A DNA stretch of 42,854 bases. Origin: a virus. Taxonomy: Duplodnaviria; Caudoviricetes. Each line of letters opens with the position of its first letter. Position 1 is the stretch's first letter. The notes beneath the pieces are model-generated. The model saw only the letters and a program-made list of their open reading frames with translations. It searched no databases and was not told the origin of the DNA. Below are positions 1 to 7,700 of the stretch, in pieces. Made by a program: the position numbers and the translations under genes. The stretch lies in the IMG/VR virus record IMGVR_UViG_3300037440_000068, positions 1 through 42,854 of that record, one strand, 5' to 3'.

Positions 1-5
1 ACTGT

Positions 6-263
6 ATGGAGCACGCTATGAGCGACAACTGGGAGTCGAGAGCCTACATGTCGGCGCGGATGGTGATCCGAAAGACGCGGGGCTACTTCCTTGCGGAGAC
101 GATCCTGCCAGCGGTGATTGATATGGCTGGTGAGCCAAAGGACAGGCGCAGCTTCGGCACCGTGATGACCTGGCTTCGGGCAAATGGCTACATCAAGCCA
201 GCGGGGTACAGCGCGGCGCGGACCAGCCACAACTCGCCCAAGCGCAGGTGGGTGAAGGTGTGA
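6..263 (+). CDS. hypothetical phage protein
   Basis: ORF overlapping the next gene in a tightly packed operon; true start may be the ATG at 18. Confidence 0.6.
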   Translation: MEHAMSDNWESRAYMSARMVIRKTRGYFLAETILPAVIDMAGEPKDRRSFGTVMTWLRANGYIKPAGYSAARTSHNSPKRRWVKV

Positions 264-457
264 CCCTTGACCCAGAAATCCCACCGACCCACGACGACCT
301 GATCCAGCACGGTCGTGATGACGCCCTGGGCCGGTTACACGAGGCTGCCCAGCACGAGGCCCGGCTCGGGGATGGTCGCGCGCTGCGGGCGTTACAGCGC
401 CTTGTGGACGCCTGCGGGCTGCGGCGTCTGGTGCCCTTCCGTGACGATGGAAATTGA
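260..457 (+). CDS. hypothetical protein
   Basis: GTGA overlap with the upstream stop (MTLDPEIPP...). Confidence 0.55.
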   Translation: MTLDPEIPPTHDDLIQHGRDDALGRLHEAAQHEARLGDGRALRALQRLVDACGLRRLVPFRDDGN

Positions 458-459
458 CG

Positions 460-693
460 ATGGACGGAATTTCTATTGATATCTACGTCGAGACAAGCCA
501 AGGTCATGCGTCGAAGCACGCGTTTCGTCGGTGGACGAATGTCCCGAGAGTCGGAGACTTCGTGGAATTGAAAAACCCCGACATGGGGGAAGGCTACCAT
601 CTAGCCAAGGTGTTCCGGCTGCATTGGGGCGAGATTGGCGGGCGGGATCAATGTGTCGCGATGTTCTGCCGATGGCACAAACCCAATGCCTAG
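460..693 (+). CDS. hypothetical protein
   Basis: ORF filling the operon, overlapping the next start. Confidence 0.6.
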   Translation: MDGISIDIYVETSQGHASKHAFRRWTNVPRVGDFVELKNPDMGEGYHLAKVFRLHWGEIGGRDQCVAMFCRWHKPNA

Positions 694-910
694 CCCCCAT
701 AAACAACGACCCCGTGTGATTGGCGATGATCGGATGATGACCGTGACCACTGAACTGACCGCCGATGGCGTCATGCAGACCCGAGACATATTCGGGGAGA
801 TAACCCGTCAGTACGCCAACCTATGCGCCATGCAGATGGACGCAGCTATCCGAGAAAAGTTGATCCAGTTTGGTTGGACGCCTCCGGAAACGACGAAACC
901 GCCCGCATGA
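686..910 (+). CDS. hypothetical protein
   Basis: MPSPHKQRPRVIGDDR... overlapping the upstream stop. Confidence 0.55.
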   Translation: MPSPHKQRPRVIGDDRMMTVTTELTADGVMQTRDIFGEITRQYANLCAMQMDAAIREKLIQFGWTPPETTKPPA

Positions 911-954
911 AGCCTACATATCGATTGATGCAGCCTATCGATATCACGGAACCA

Positions 955-985
955 ATTAAAAAGGGCCTCCGGATTAGGGAGGCCC
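955..985 (-). terminator. intrinsic terminator of a putative small antisense RNA
   Basis: Minus strand GGGCCTCC-ctaatcc-GGAGGCCC followed by TTTTTAATT. Confidence 0.7.
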
Positions 986-1040
986 TGGGTCTTGACGACC
1001 TGCGCGGCGTGGCGCATGCTGAAAGTGCGAATCCCAGCGG
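955..1040 (-). ncRNA. putative ~85-nt antisense RNA (OOP/c4-like position)
   Basis: Bounded by a near-consensus promoter and a terminator; 5' hairpin GCTGGGA-ttcgcac-TTTCAGC; no credible ORF inside. Confidence 0.5.
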
Positions 1041-1045
1041 GTGTG

Positions 1046-1076
1046 ATTGTACCACCCAACCCGCTCAAGATGTCAA
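1046..1076 (-). promoter_or_regulatory. sigma70-type promoter
   Basis: TTGACA (1076-1071), 19-nt spacer, extended -10 TGgTACAAT (1054-1046); perfect palindrome GTACCGA-A-TCGGTAC at 1081-1095 just upstream. Confidence 0.65.
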
Positions 1077-1097
1077 TACCGTACCGAATCGGTACAG

Positions 1098-1358
1098 ATT
1101 GCCTCCCGGACTCGCCGTCAGAGGCACGTCAGTCCGTGGCCGGGTTCCGTCGGCGCCCCTCAGGAAAGCGAACTGGTTGGCCGACCGGCTGCACTCCATT
1201 GGGCGCTTTGATGGCCGGCGCCAGTCAATACCGGGTAAGTGGACACGTTGGGGCTTGTCGGAAGGCCAGGAAGGCGAACCGATCCGGACAGAGGCAATGG
1301 GTGGGCCAGCGGGATCAGGAAACCATGAGGGTGTCCCCAAGGCCATCATTAGACGAGT
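1098..1358 (+). ncRNA. putative structured RNA or origin element (strand uncertain)
   Basis: Long-range complementary pairs: 1098-1110 with 1283-1298, 1172-1176 with 1221-1225, 1209-1216 with 1341-1348, 1241-1246 with 1331-1336. Confidence 0.4.
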
Positions 1359-1382
1359 GTTGACCAAAGAAAGGAAAAAGAG

Positions 1383-1607
1383 ATGAACTGGTTTGACGGA
1401 AAGATGCTCAGGGACAATGACCCGAGGATGATCAACCGCTACCTGACGATAGATTCTCCGGTAGTCGGTCCATTTGGCGTTACGCATTACGTGGCTCGGG
1501 ACAGGAACGGTCGTAAGTTCAAGATCGCAGCAAAGCGTATTTTTGGAGATGGCAAGGCGCGTCGCTATGGCTTCAATGTCATCGAGCCTAAAGATGCAAC
1601 TCTTTGA
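1383..1607 (+). CDS. hypothetical protein
   Basis: Strong RBS AAAGGA upstream. Confidence 0.7.
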   Translation: MNWFDGKMLRDNDPRMINRYLTIDSPVVGPFGVTHYVARDRNGRKFKIAAKRIFGDGKARRYGFNVIEPKDATL

Positions 1608-1752
1608 CCATTTCAAAGTGAGAGGGAATGGAGAGTGGTTCCGATTCACCAAGCATGTGCAATCGGAAGTTTCGAGGTTTTGCGAGATAGCAGCCTCAAA
1701 AGAGGCGGCTTGTCTAATGGAGACTTCAATTAAAGAAAGGGGGATGACATGA
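1594..1752 (+). CDS. small hypothetical protein
   Basis: MQLFDHFKVRGNGEWFRF..., overlaps both neighbours. Confidence 0.45.
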   Translation: MQLFDHFKVRGNGEWFRFTKHVQSEVSRFCEIAASKEAACLMETSIKERGMT

Positions 1753-1910
1753 ATATCTTGTGGCCTGTGATTAAGGTGGCTAGCTTGGCGTGGCTGGGCT
1801 ACATGTTCTTTGGCTACGTTTTGCCAATGGATATTAGCCGGCTTTCGTTTGGCCTCGCTTGCGCGGGTCTTGTGTTTTGGCTTGCAGCTTTTTTGCGGAC
1901 TGACCAATGA
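1749..1910 (+). CDS. small membrane protein (53 aa, not in ORF track)
   Basis: MNILWPVIKVASLAWLGYMFFGYVLPMDISRLSFGLACAGLVFWLAAFLRTDQ; ATGA overlaps at both ends; two hydrophobic segments. Confidence 0.6.
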   Translation: MNILWPVIKVASLAWLGYMFFGYVLPMDISRLSFGLACAGLVFWLAAFLRTDQ

Positions 1911-2380
1911 CGACTCTCTTTGATCAGCCCATAACCCTTCAAAGCCTCCTATCCCGCATAGAGGCCCTAGAGGCCCGTGTGCTGGACAAGCCGGTGCGCC
2001 AATGCACTGAGGTTCCTCCGGAGTTAAGGCCGGCGTGGTCGATGTGGACTCTGCACAAGGCTGGCAGCAAGGGATGGACGGCGATTGCCAAACAGCGGCA
2101 AGTCGCGAAGTTGGCGGAGTTGTCCGGACTTGACGCGGACCTTGCGATGAAGATGGTTGAAGATGCCATTGAGCGCGGCTGGACGACCTTCTACCTCCCG
2201 AAAGATCTCCCAATAAAGACAGCGCACAAGTCAGTGAGCGATGCGCTTAAACCTTGCGAAACTCCACTGGAGCGTCAGCTTGGATGGATCAGGCAGCAGA
2301 GGCATGTGGGGCGGATAGACGAAGCAGAGGCCAAGCGACTGACAGCCGAGGCAACCGAGCGTTACAGGAGAGCGGAATGA
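1907..2380 (+). CDS. replication-initiator C-terminal-domain-like protein
   Basis: AWSMW..HK...WT..A.....KL ... VEDAIERGWTTFY pattern recalls the C-terminal helical domain of lambdoid replication proteins; position fits. Confidence 0.5.
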   Translation: MTTLFDQPITLQSLLSRIEALEARVLDKPVRQCTEVPPELRPAWSMWTLHKAGSKGWTAIAKQRQVAKLAELSGLDADLAMKMVEDAIERGWTTFYLPKDLPIKTAHKSVSDALKPCETPLERQLGWIRQQRHVGRIDEAEAKRLTAEATERYRRAE

Positions 2381-2733
2381 TTATCTTGACGGTGTTCGCT
2401 GTGCTTATGGTGGCGGGATTGCTGTACCTTGCCAGTAATCGTTACGGCGCTTGGGATACCTTGGCATTCTGTGCGGCTACGATCGGAGGAATTGGGGTTG
2501 CCGTGTGCGCCATGACAATCCCGCTGGATCGCATGGGGTGGCAGTCAACGTTCATTGAGATCGAGGCGATCCGCGAAACGCGAGGAACTGATTCCGCCAG
2601 TATTGAGGATGCGGCGTGGCGCATGAAGGCCGCTGAGGTCAATGCCAAGCTGGCATCCGGCAGGTACTACAATTCGACCTTGTTCGATATCTGGATCCCG
2701 GATCAGGTCAACGACGTGGATCCGATTAAGTGA
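2377..2733 (+). CDS. membrane protein
   Basis: AGGAG RBS, two N-terminal hydrophobic segments. Confidence 0.65.
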   Translation: MIILTVFAVLMVAGLLYLASNRYGAWDTLAFCAATIGGIGVAVCAMTIPLDRMGWQSTFIEIEAIRETRGTDSASIEDAAWRMKAAEVNAKLASGRYYNSTLFDIWIPDQVNDVDPIK

Positions 2734-3260
2734 GCGCAACGACCGCCAAGCGCGTCAAAGCCAAACGTGCCAGGCGACCGGTGTACCTAGTCGTCCGCAA
2801 GCTGGTCGATCCCGACACGGGTGAGCTAGTGGGTGCGTTGGTGCCGGCGAACGGCATCGATGCGCGGCTGTTGCGGGAACGGAAGTTCAGCACTGGGCGC
2901 GAAGTTCGTGCAGAGCTGAAACAGCCCAGAAATCCTGCCTTCCACAGACTCGCTCACGCCATCGGTCACTTACTGGTGGACAACGTGGAGGAGTTCCGCG
3001 ACCTGGACGGACACGGGGCATTGAAGGCGGTCCAGACGAGGTCCGGTGTCTGCTGCGAACCTCTTGAAATTGACTTGGGCACGCTTGGCAAGGTGACGGC
3101 TCAGATAGCGCGATCGCTTGCGTTTGACGAAATGTCAGAGGATCAGTTCCGGCTGTTTTTCGACGGCGTTACGGCCTACATCGGCGAGCATTACACCAGC
3201 GTAATGCTTGATGACGTGCGGACCGAGTTCTGGCTCATGTGCAATGGGGATACAGCATGA
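2730..3260 (+). CDS. DUF1367/NinB-like protein
   Basis: RNPAFHRL... and RSLAFDEMSEDQF motifs. Confidence 0.65.
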   Translation: MSATTAKRVKAKRARRPVYLVVRKLVDPDTGELVGALVPANGIDARLLRERKFSTGREVRAELKQPRNPAFHRLAHAIGHLLVDNVEEFRDLDGHGALKAVQTRSGVCCEPLEIDLGTLGKVTAQIARSLAFDEMSEDQFRLFFDGVTAYIGEHYTSVMLDDVRTEFWLMCNGDTA

Positions 3261-3535
3261 GGACAAAGAACGCGAAGGCGATCAGTCCGGCCGAGCGCGA
3301 CCACCTAGCCCGGGTCAAGGAACTTCCATGTGTCGTCTGCGATGCGCCAGCTCCGAGCGAAGCGCACCACATCGAGCAAGGCCAGCACTTCACCACTGTG
3401 GCGCTGTGCCAGGACTGCCATCGCGGCAGCCGGAACGGTTGGCACGGTCAGAAAACCATGTGGCGAATCCGGAAGTGGAACGAGTTGGATGCGCTGAATG
3501 AAACCCTGAAACGAGCCTATGGAGGATCGCGATGA
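3257..3535 (+). CDS. Ref-family (recombination enhancement) HNH-like nuclease
   Basis: AERDHLARVKELPCVVC...EAHH...ALCQDCHRG..GWHG. Confidence 0.7.
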   Translation: MRTKNAKAISPAERDHLARVKELPCVVCDAPAPSEAHHIEQGQHFTTVALCQDCHRGSRNGWHGQKTMWRIRKWNELDALNETLKRAYGGSR

Positions 3536-3702
3536 GCGAGCGCAAGTGGAAGCAGGCAAAAGAGGCTGGAGAGTCGGCTCGACGCTCCGGAAAGCCGCGC
3601 ACCAAGTGCCCGATGTACGGGATGGGAGAGGACGGCCGGACGCTGAGGGATGCTTGGCACATGGGATGGGACGATGAAGACCGGCGGAGGAAGTCGGCAT
3701 GA
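3532..3702 (+). CDS. RMF/CrpP-fold small protein (56 aa, not in ORF track)
   Basis: GGAGGA RBS; AGESARRSGKPRTKCPMYG...RDAWHMGW matches the G..A...G.....CPY...R..W..GW pattern of RMF. Confidence 0.65.
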   Translation: MSERKWKQAKEAGESARRSGKPRTKCPMYGMGEDGRTLRDAWHMGWDDEDRRRKSA

Positions 3703-3917
3703 CCGCCCCGAAAAACCTTCGCTGCGAGGGCTGCGGGAAGGGGCTCAACCGTGGCAGTCGGCAGGATAGCTGCGCACACTGCCGGGGAAAGGCCGAAGCG
3801 CGAAGGCTTCAGGAACAGCGCGCGATTAATCATGCTTCCGCACTTTGGTTCGGGCCGGTCAGCCTTCCGCTTATGGCGACTTGCATGACCACCATAGGAG
3901 TACGTGATGAAAGATGA
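3699..3917 (+). CDS. small zinc-finger protein
   Basis: CEGC...CAHC; ATGA overlap. Confidence 0.55.
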   Translation: MTAPKNLRCEGCGKGLNRGSRQDSCAHCRGKAEARRLQEQRAINHASALWFGPVSLPLMATCMTTIGVRDER

Positions 3918-4185
3918 CCGTAATCACAATAGTCGAGAGTCCAGCATGGTGACGCTGCGCCGAGACCAAATAGGCAGACCGACCGTGTGGTGCGACCCAG
4001 AGATAGCCGACCTTGTGTCGGCGCTCAACGGTGGTGGTGTTTCCACGGTCGCGTCGTGCAGCGGTCACGGAAATACGCACGGAAACATCGCGCTAAGGGA
4101 CGGTCGGGAACTCATTATCGCGGCGGACTTTGAAACCGCCCGCAAATACGACGCCCTACTCGCCGCCCTGGAGGATCAGTCGTGA
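3907..4185 (+). CDS. hypothetical protein with TYW3-like motif
   Basis: DPEIADLVSALN...TVASCSGH. Confidence 0.55.
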   Translation: MKDDRNHNSRESSMVTLRRDQIGRPTVWCDPEIADLVSALNGGGVSTVASCSGHGNTHGNIALRDGRELIIAADFETARKYDALLAALEDQS

Positions 4186-4457
4186 GCGGGCACACGCCGG
4201 CTCCGTGGAGTGGTCGGCCACATCACGATCCTATTCTGTTGCAAGGTTGCGAGGAAGTCGGTCTGTCCATCGCGTTCGCTTGTGGCGGCGGCGATCTACG
4301 ACGAGACGAGTTCATGGCAAACGCCCGTTTGATAGCCGCAGCGCCGGATTTGCTCAATGCGTTGAAAGTACTCGCAGACGCTGCCGAGTCATTGGGTATC
4401 CCTTGCGATGCTGCGCGCGCTTCCATCGCCAAAGCAACCGGAAACAGCCATGAGTAA
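4182..4457 (+). CDS. phage protein of HTPxPW...ANARLIAAAPDLL type
   Basis: Motif common in phage early/nin regions. Confidence 0.7.
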   Translation: MSGHTPAPWSGRPHHDPILLQGCEEVGLSIAFACGGGDLRRDEFMANARLIAAAPDLLNALKVLADAAESLGIPCDAARASIAKATGNSHE

Positions 4458-4914
4458 GCCAGCAGACCACGCGGCGGTGCTGCGGACGTTGCGGAAGATG
4501 CGAGAAAAGATGCGCCCATTCGTTACCGAAGAAACAGTTGCCCTCGACCGCGCCATTAGCTTGATCGAAGGCAGCGTCAAGCAAGAGACATACAATGATG
4601 ACACGCGGAGGGACGTAGAGTTGACAGAGCGATTCAAGGTCGCGTGCCGCGCATTGATTCGAGGAGGCAGGATTCACAAGGGCGAGCGCGTGCCGAACGA
4701 AGTTTTCGGCGAGGACGTGGAAACATTAGGCGAGGTTCTGAGCCTGCTGGAATCGTTTGCATCAGGAAAAGCAGAATACGAATGGTTCGATAGTGCTGCG
4801 GGCGTTTGGAAGCCTGTTTACCGCCTGCCTTACACATGGGAGAGAGAGCTTGGAATTCTGTGGCGACCAGCGTCCCCACAAGCCGCTATGGCGCAAGACG
4901 GAGGGGAGTCATGA
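4450..4914 (+). CDS. hypothetical protein
   Basis: Overlapping operon ORF. Confidence 0.6.
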   Translation: MSKPADHAAVLRTLRKMREKMRPFVTEETVALDRAISLIEGSVKQETYNDDTRRDVELTERFKVACRALIRGGRIHKGERVPNEVFGEDVETLGEVLSLLESFASGKAEYEWFDSAAGVWKPVYRLPYTWERELGILWRPASPQAAMAQDGGES

Positions 4915-5114
4915 CCGATAAAACTTCAAGCAGCGGCGGAATCGGGTTCGTCGGCCTTCTGACAATCCTTTTTATTGCACTGAAACTAACCGGTTTCATC
5001 GTGTGGTCTTGGTGGTGGGTACTGTCTCCGGTGTTGATATATGCTGCATCTGCTGGATTGCTATTGCTTGGATTGGCAGTGATTTTTGTCATCGTGTTGA
5101 TAGGAGATCGATGA
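4911..5114 (+). CDS. small phage membrane protein
   Basis: SSGGIGFVGLLTILFIALKLTGFIVWSWWWVLSP motif; GGGGAG RBS. Confidence 0.75.
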   Translation: MTDKTSSSGGIGFVGLLTILFIALKLTGFIVWSWWWVLSPVLIYAASAGLLLLGLAVIFVIVLIGDR

Positions 5115-5695
5115 TGGTCACTAACCGAGATGAGAAGCTGCGGGGGCCGAAGTTCGGCGACTGGGTTCGTGGAAATTACGCCAGCGAGGGCAACCCGATC
5201 CGTGACGGCATGTACGTCCGCACCATCCGCAAAACGGGGCGGATGAATCCCGGCGTTTTCTATGAGCTGACGGATGGCAACGGTAAGTTCTGGCAATTCG
5301 AGGCGAAAAACACGACGCGCCTAGAACACATCCTAGACAATCCATCCTCAACAGCCGCAGTGGAAGCGTTTGCGTGGATAGTTCACAGTGGAGACGACTG
5401 GATCACCACCGACGAAGTCGAGCTTGACGAAGCGCTAGCGAGCGGCTGCAAAGTGACGCCGCTCTACGCCGCACCGCTGGCAGCCGAGGGGGAAGAATAT
5501 CCCGAAGCCGCGCAGGTTTGCGCCGAGGCGTATCAGGTAGTAGGAGCGTTGCTGGATGACCTTGGCATCTTCGCCACCGAAGCTGGCGTGAAGATTCTGG
5601 ACAACCTCTCACATCACCGGCTGGTGCATAGGGACGTGCTGCCGTGGACCACCCCACCCAAGCCAGAGCAGCCAGGAGTGGAGGTAATGGAATGA
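5111..5695 (+). CDS. mosaic hypothetical protein
   Basis: AGGAG RBS; contains the VTPLYAAP motif typical of Ea22-like mosaics. Confidence 0.6.
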   Translation: MMVTNRDEKLRGPKFGDWVRGNYASEGNPIRDGMYVRTIRKTGRMNPGVFYELTDGNGKFWQFEAKNTTRLEHILDNPSSTAAVEAFAWIVHSGDDWITTDEVELDEALASGCKVTPLYAAPLAAEGEEYPEAAQVCAEAYQVVGALLDDLGIFATEAGVKILDNLSHHRLVHRDVLPWTTPPKPEQPGVEVME

Positions 5696-6015
5696 TCGAG
5701 CTTCCACTACGCATCGATTCGGTAGCCAATAAGCGCGAGCACTGGGCGACCAAAGCGCGGCGCACAAAGCAGCATCGGCTTGCGGCGCTGGCCGTCGCAC
5801 CCCATCCGCTCCCGTGCGTGGTGACGATGATCCGGGTAGCACCCAGAAAGCTGGATGGCGATAATCTGCAATCCGGATTCAAGGCGCTCAGAGATGGGAT
5901 TGCAGACCGTCTCGGCGTTGATGACGCAGACCCTCGCGTGACGTGGAAGTACGACCAAGTCAGAGGCCGCGCCAAGGAGTATGCGGCGCGCGTGAAAATC
6001 GAGGAGGTCACATGA
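5692..6015 (+). CDS. RusA-like Holliday junction resolvase
   Basis: RKLDGDNL..GFKALRDGIA..LGVDD catalytic Asp/Lys pattern; nin-region position. Confidence 0.7.
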   Translation: MIELPLRIDSVANKREHWATKARRTKQHRLAALAVAPHPLPCVVTMIRVAPRKLDGDNLQSGFKALRDGIADRLGVDDADPRVTWKYDQVRGRAKEYAARVKIEEVT

Positions 6016-6179
6016 ACACCAAGCGCAAGCGAGAAGCACAGGACGAATCCCGGTTCGTGGGGTGGACGCAGACTGCCCGCGAGGCGCACCTACGGAAGCT
6101 TGACCGGCAGATCAATCGGCAGGTTCAGATCCGGGCCGCGTTGGACCGGGTGATTCGCAAGCATAGGTTGGCGGCATGA
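6012..6179 (+). CDS. small basic protein
   Basis: GAGGAGG RBS; overlaps at both ends. Confidence 0.6.
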   Translation: MNTKRKREAQDESRFVGWTQTAREAHLRKLDRQINRQVQIRAALDRVIRKHRLAA

Positions 6180-6610
6180 GCGGCGGCCAAGTTGACTTGT
6201 TCCGGGAGTACGTGAAGCGCCGTCTAGATTCATGGGGCGATTGTTTTGCACTGCACAAAGACTGTGAGTACCTAGGACACCGTTCAAAAAACTTTATCCA
6301 AGTCCTGATTGAGCATCGGGGTGAAATGCCCGCCCGTCAAATTGGATTCAAGCCATTGGAGGTGCCCTTGCTTGAGCTGGAGGTTGAGCAGATTGTCTCT
6401 GCCATCGCCAAGGAAAATCCCCGTATGGCGTGTTCCCTGAGAGCGCATTTCTGTGGTCAAGGCAGGCGCAAGGTTGAGAGGTATCAGCAAGCGCGCGACT
6501 TGGTTAAAATGGTAGAAGGGCCGGCAACACGTCCGCCAAGCGTAAGACAGCACCTTTCACTAGTCCAAGGAGGTGTTGACCATGTGGCTAAATCTCTGAA
6601 GAGGGGTTAA
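6176..6610 (+). CDS. Q-like late antiterminator
   Basis: N-terminal VKRRLDSWG, size, and position before the late promoter and lysis genes. Confidence 0.55.
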   Translation: MSGGQVDLFREYVKRRLDSWGDCFALHKDCEYLGHRSKNFIQVLIEHRGEMPARQIGFKPLEVPLLELEVEQIVSAIAKENPRMACSLRAHFCGQGRRKVERYQQARDLVKMVEGPATRPPSVRQHLSLVQGGVDHVAKSLKRG

Positions 6611-6613
6611 AGG

Positions 6614-7087
6614 ATGAGCGTCAGCAATTTTGTTAATTATTCGAGGACTCGCGGAACTGCCGAGCCAAGAAGCCAACGATGGTGGTATATCTACACCGCC
6701 TACGCCCCTTTTGATGACGGCCGGGTTCTGGTCAAGGTCGGGATAAGCAGCATGCCGCATCAAAGGTTTGTAGCCTTGTACTGCGGGTGCCCCTTCACTA
6801 TCCGCCTATGTGCATTTACCAGTGTTGGAACAGAAAAGCAGGCCCACAGGGTCGAGAGCGCCATCCTGAAAGAGTTTTCGCAGTACAAAACAAGAGGCGA
6901 GTGGCTTCTTTTGCCAACCGATGAGCTAATAAAGAAGCGGTTCGCCGAGTTCTGCAGGAAGGAAGGGGAGAAGATCACCAGAAAGCCAGTGAAGTGGACT
7001 CGGTTCAATGAGGAGCAAATCCGGGCCGTCATTTCGTTCAAGATCGACCATCGGAAGGACGGGGAGTGGGGGGGCGAGTACGGGTAG
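6614..7087 (+). CDS. GIY-YIG (T5orf172/Mug113-like) nuclease
   Basis: YIY...VKVGIS..P..R...L..GCP...E......F....RGEW. Confidence 0.7.
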   Translation: MSVSNFVNYSRTRGTAEPRSQRWWYIYTAYAPFDDGRVLVKVGISSMPHQRFVALYCGCPFTIRLCAFTSVGTEKQAHRVESAILKEFSQYKTRGEWLLLPTDELIKKRFAEFCRKEGEKITRKPVKWTRFNEEQIRAVISFKIDHRKDGEWGGEYG

Positions 7088-7108
7088 ATGGAATCCATCT
7101 TGATCCGC

Positions 7109-7137
7109 TTGACTCTGCACCAAATAGGGGGTATTTT
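7109..7137 (+). promoter_or_regulatory. late promoter (pR'-like)
   Basis: TTGACT-17nt-TATTTT; palindrome AGATGGA-A-TCCATCT at 7086-7100. Confidence 0.6.
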
Positions 7138-7154
7138 CCGTACAGGTCAAACTG

Positions 7155-7181
7155 CCCGCCGATGAAGGCGGGGTTCCCTTT
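7155..7181 (+). terminator. tR'-like hairpin
   Basis: CCCGCC-gatgaa-GGCGGG then a weak pyrimidine tract gttcccttt. Confidence 0.35.
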
Positions 7182-7460
7182 CCCGGCGCTCCCTTCGCCG
7201 CGAACGCCGGGCCGCCAGCCCCCTCTGGTGAGCCCGGATGGAGCCGCAATCCTTAACTGCGGTGGCAGTCCGGAAAATTAGACAGCCCACGGACAGCGCG
7301 TTGGCCCGGCGACACGGGCCGATCTTTCCAGCCCGTCTCCCGACCAGAACGAACGTCCCCTCTCCTAAGCTGGCTGCGGGACGGGCTCCTATTTGCCGAT
7401 CTGGCAAATCCACCCTGCGGGGTGGCAAACCTCGATGGGCTGCGGCCCTAGGAGACGACC

Positions 7461-7700
7461 ATGTACGACGAAACCAACGTTCCTGGCCCTGAGTTTCAGG
7501 TGCGCCCAGTGGTCCGCTACACCGTGACGGCCTATTACCACCCGTATCAGAGCAAAGACGGCAGTCATGGGATGACCGGAAGTCACAAAGTGATGGCCGA
7601 ATGCGATAACGAACGTCACGCGGACGAGATCGCGAAATCGCTTGAGACGGCCTTCAAGGCTGAGTCGGAAATGAAAGCAGCAAAGCTACCTGAGCGCTAA
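7461..7700 (+). CDS. hypothetical protein
   Basis: AGGAG RBS; first ORF of the late transcript. Confidence 0.7.
   Translation: MYDETNVPGPEFQVRPVVRYTVTAYYHPYQSKDGSHGMTGSHKVMAECDNERHADEIAKSLETAFKAESEMKAAKLPER

Noticed and set aside
823-1386. 187-aa ORF (and the overlapping 992-1363 ORF) as a protein gene
   Set aside because: Arg/Gly/Pro-rich with no recognisable motif, and it overlies a promoter, a terminator and paired elements; kept only as the alternative hypothesis
1065-2213. 382-aa minus-strand ORF
   Set aside because: Antisense shadow of well-coupled plus-strand genes; no motif
7225-7275. Possible twister-like ribozyme (AGCCCGGA, UAACUGC fragments)
   Set aside because: Loop length and pseudoknot pairings do not fit the twister consensus as far as I can align by eye
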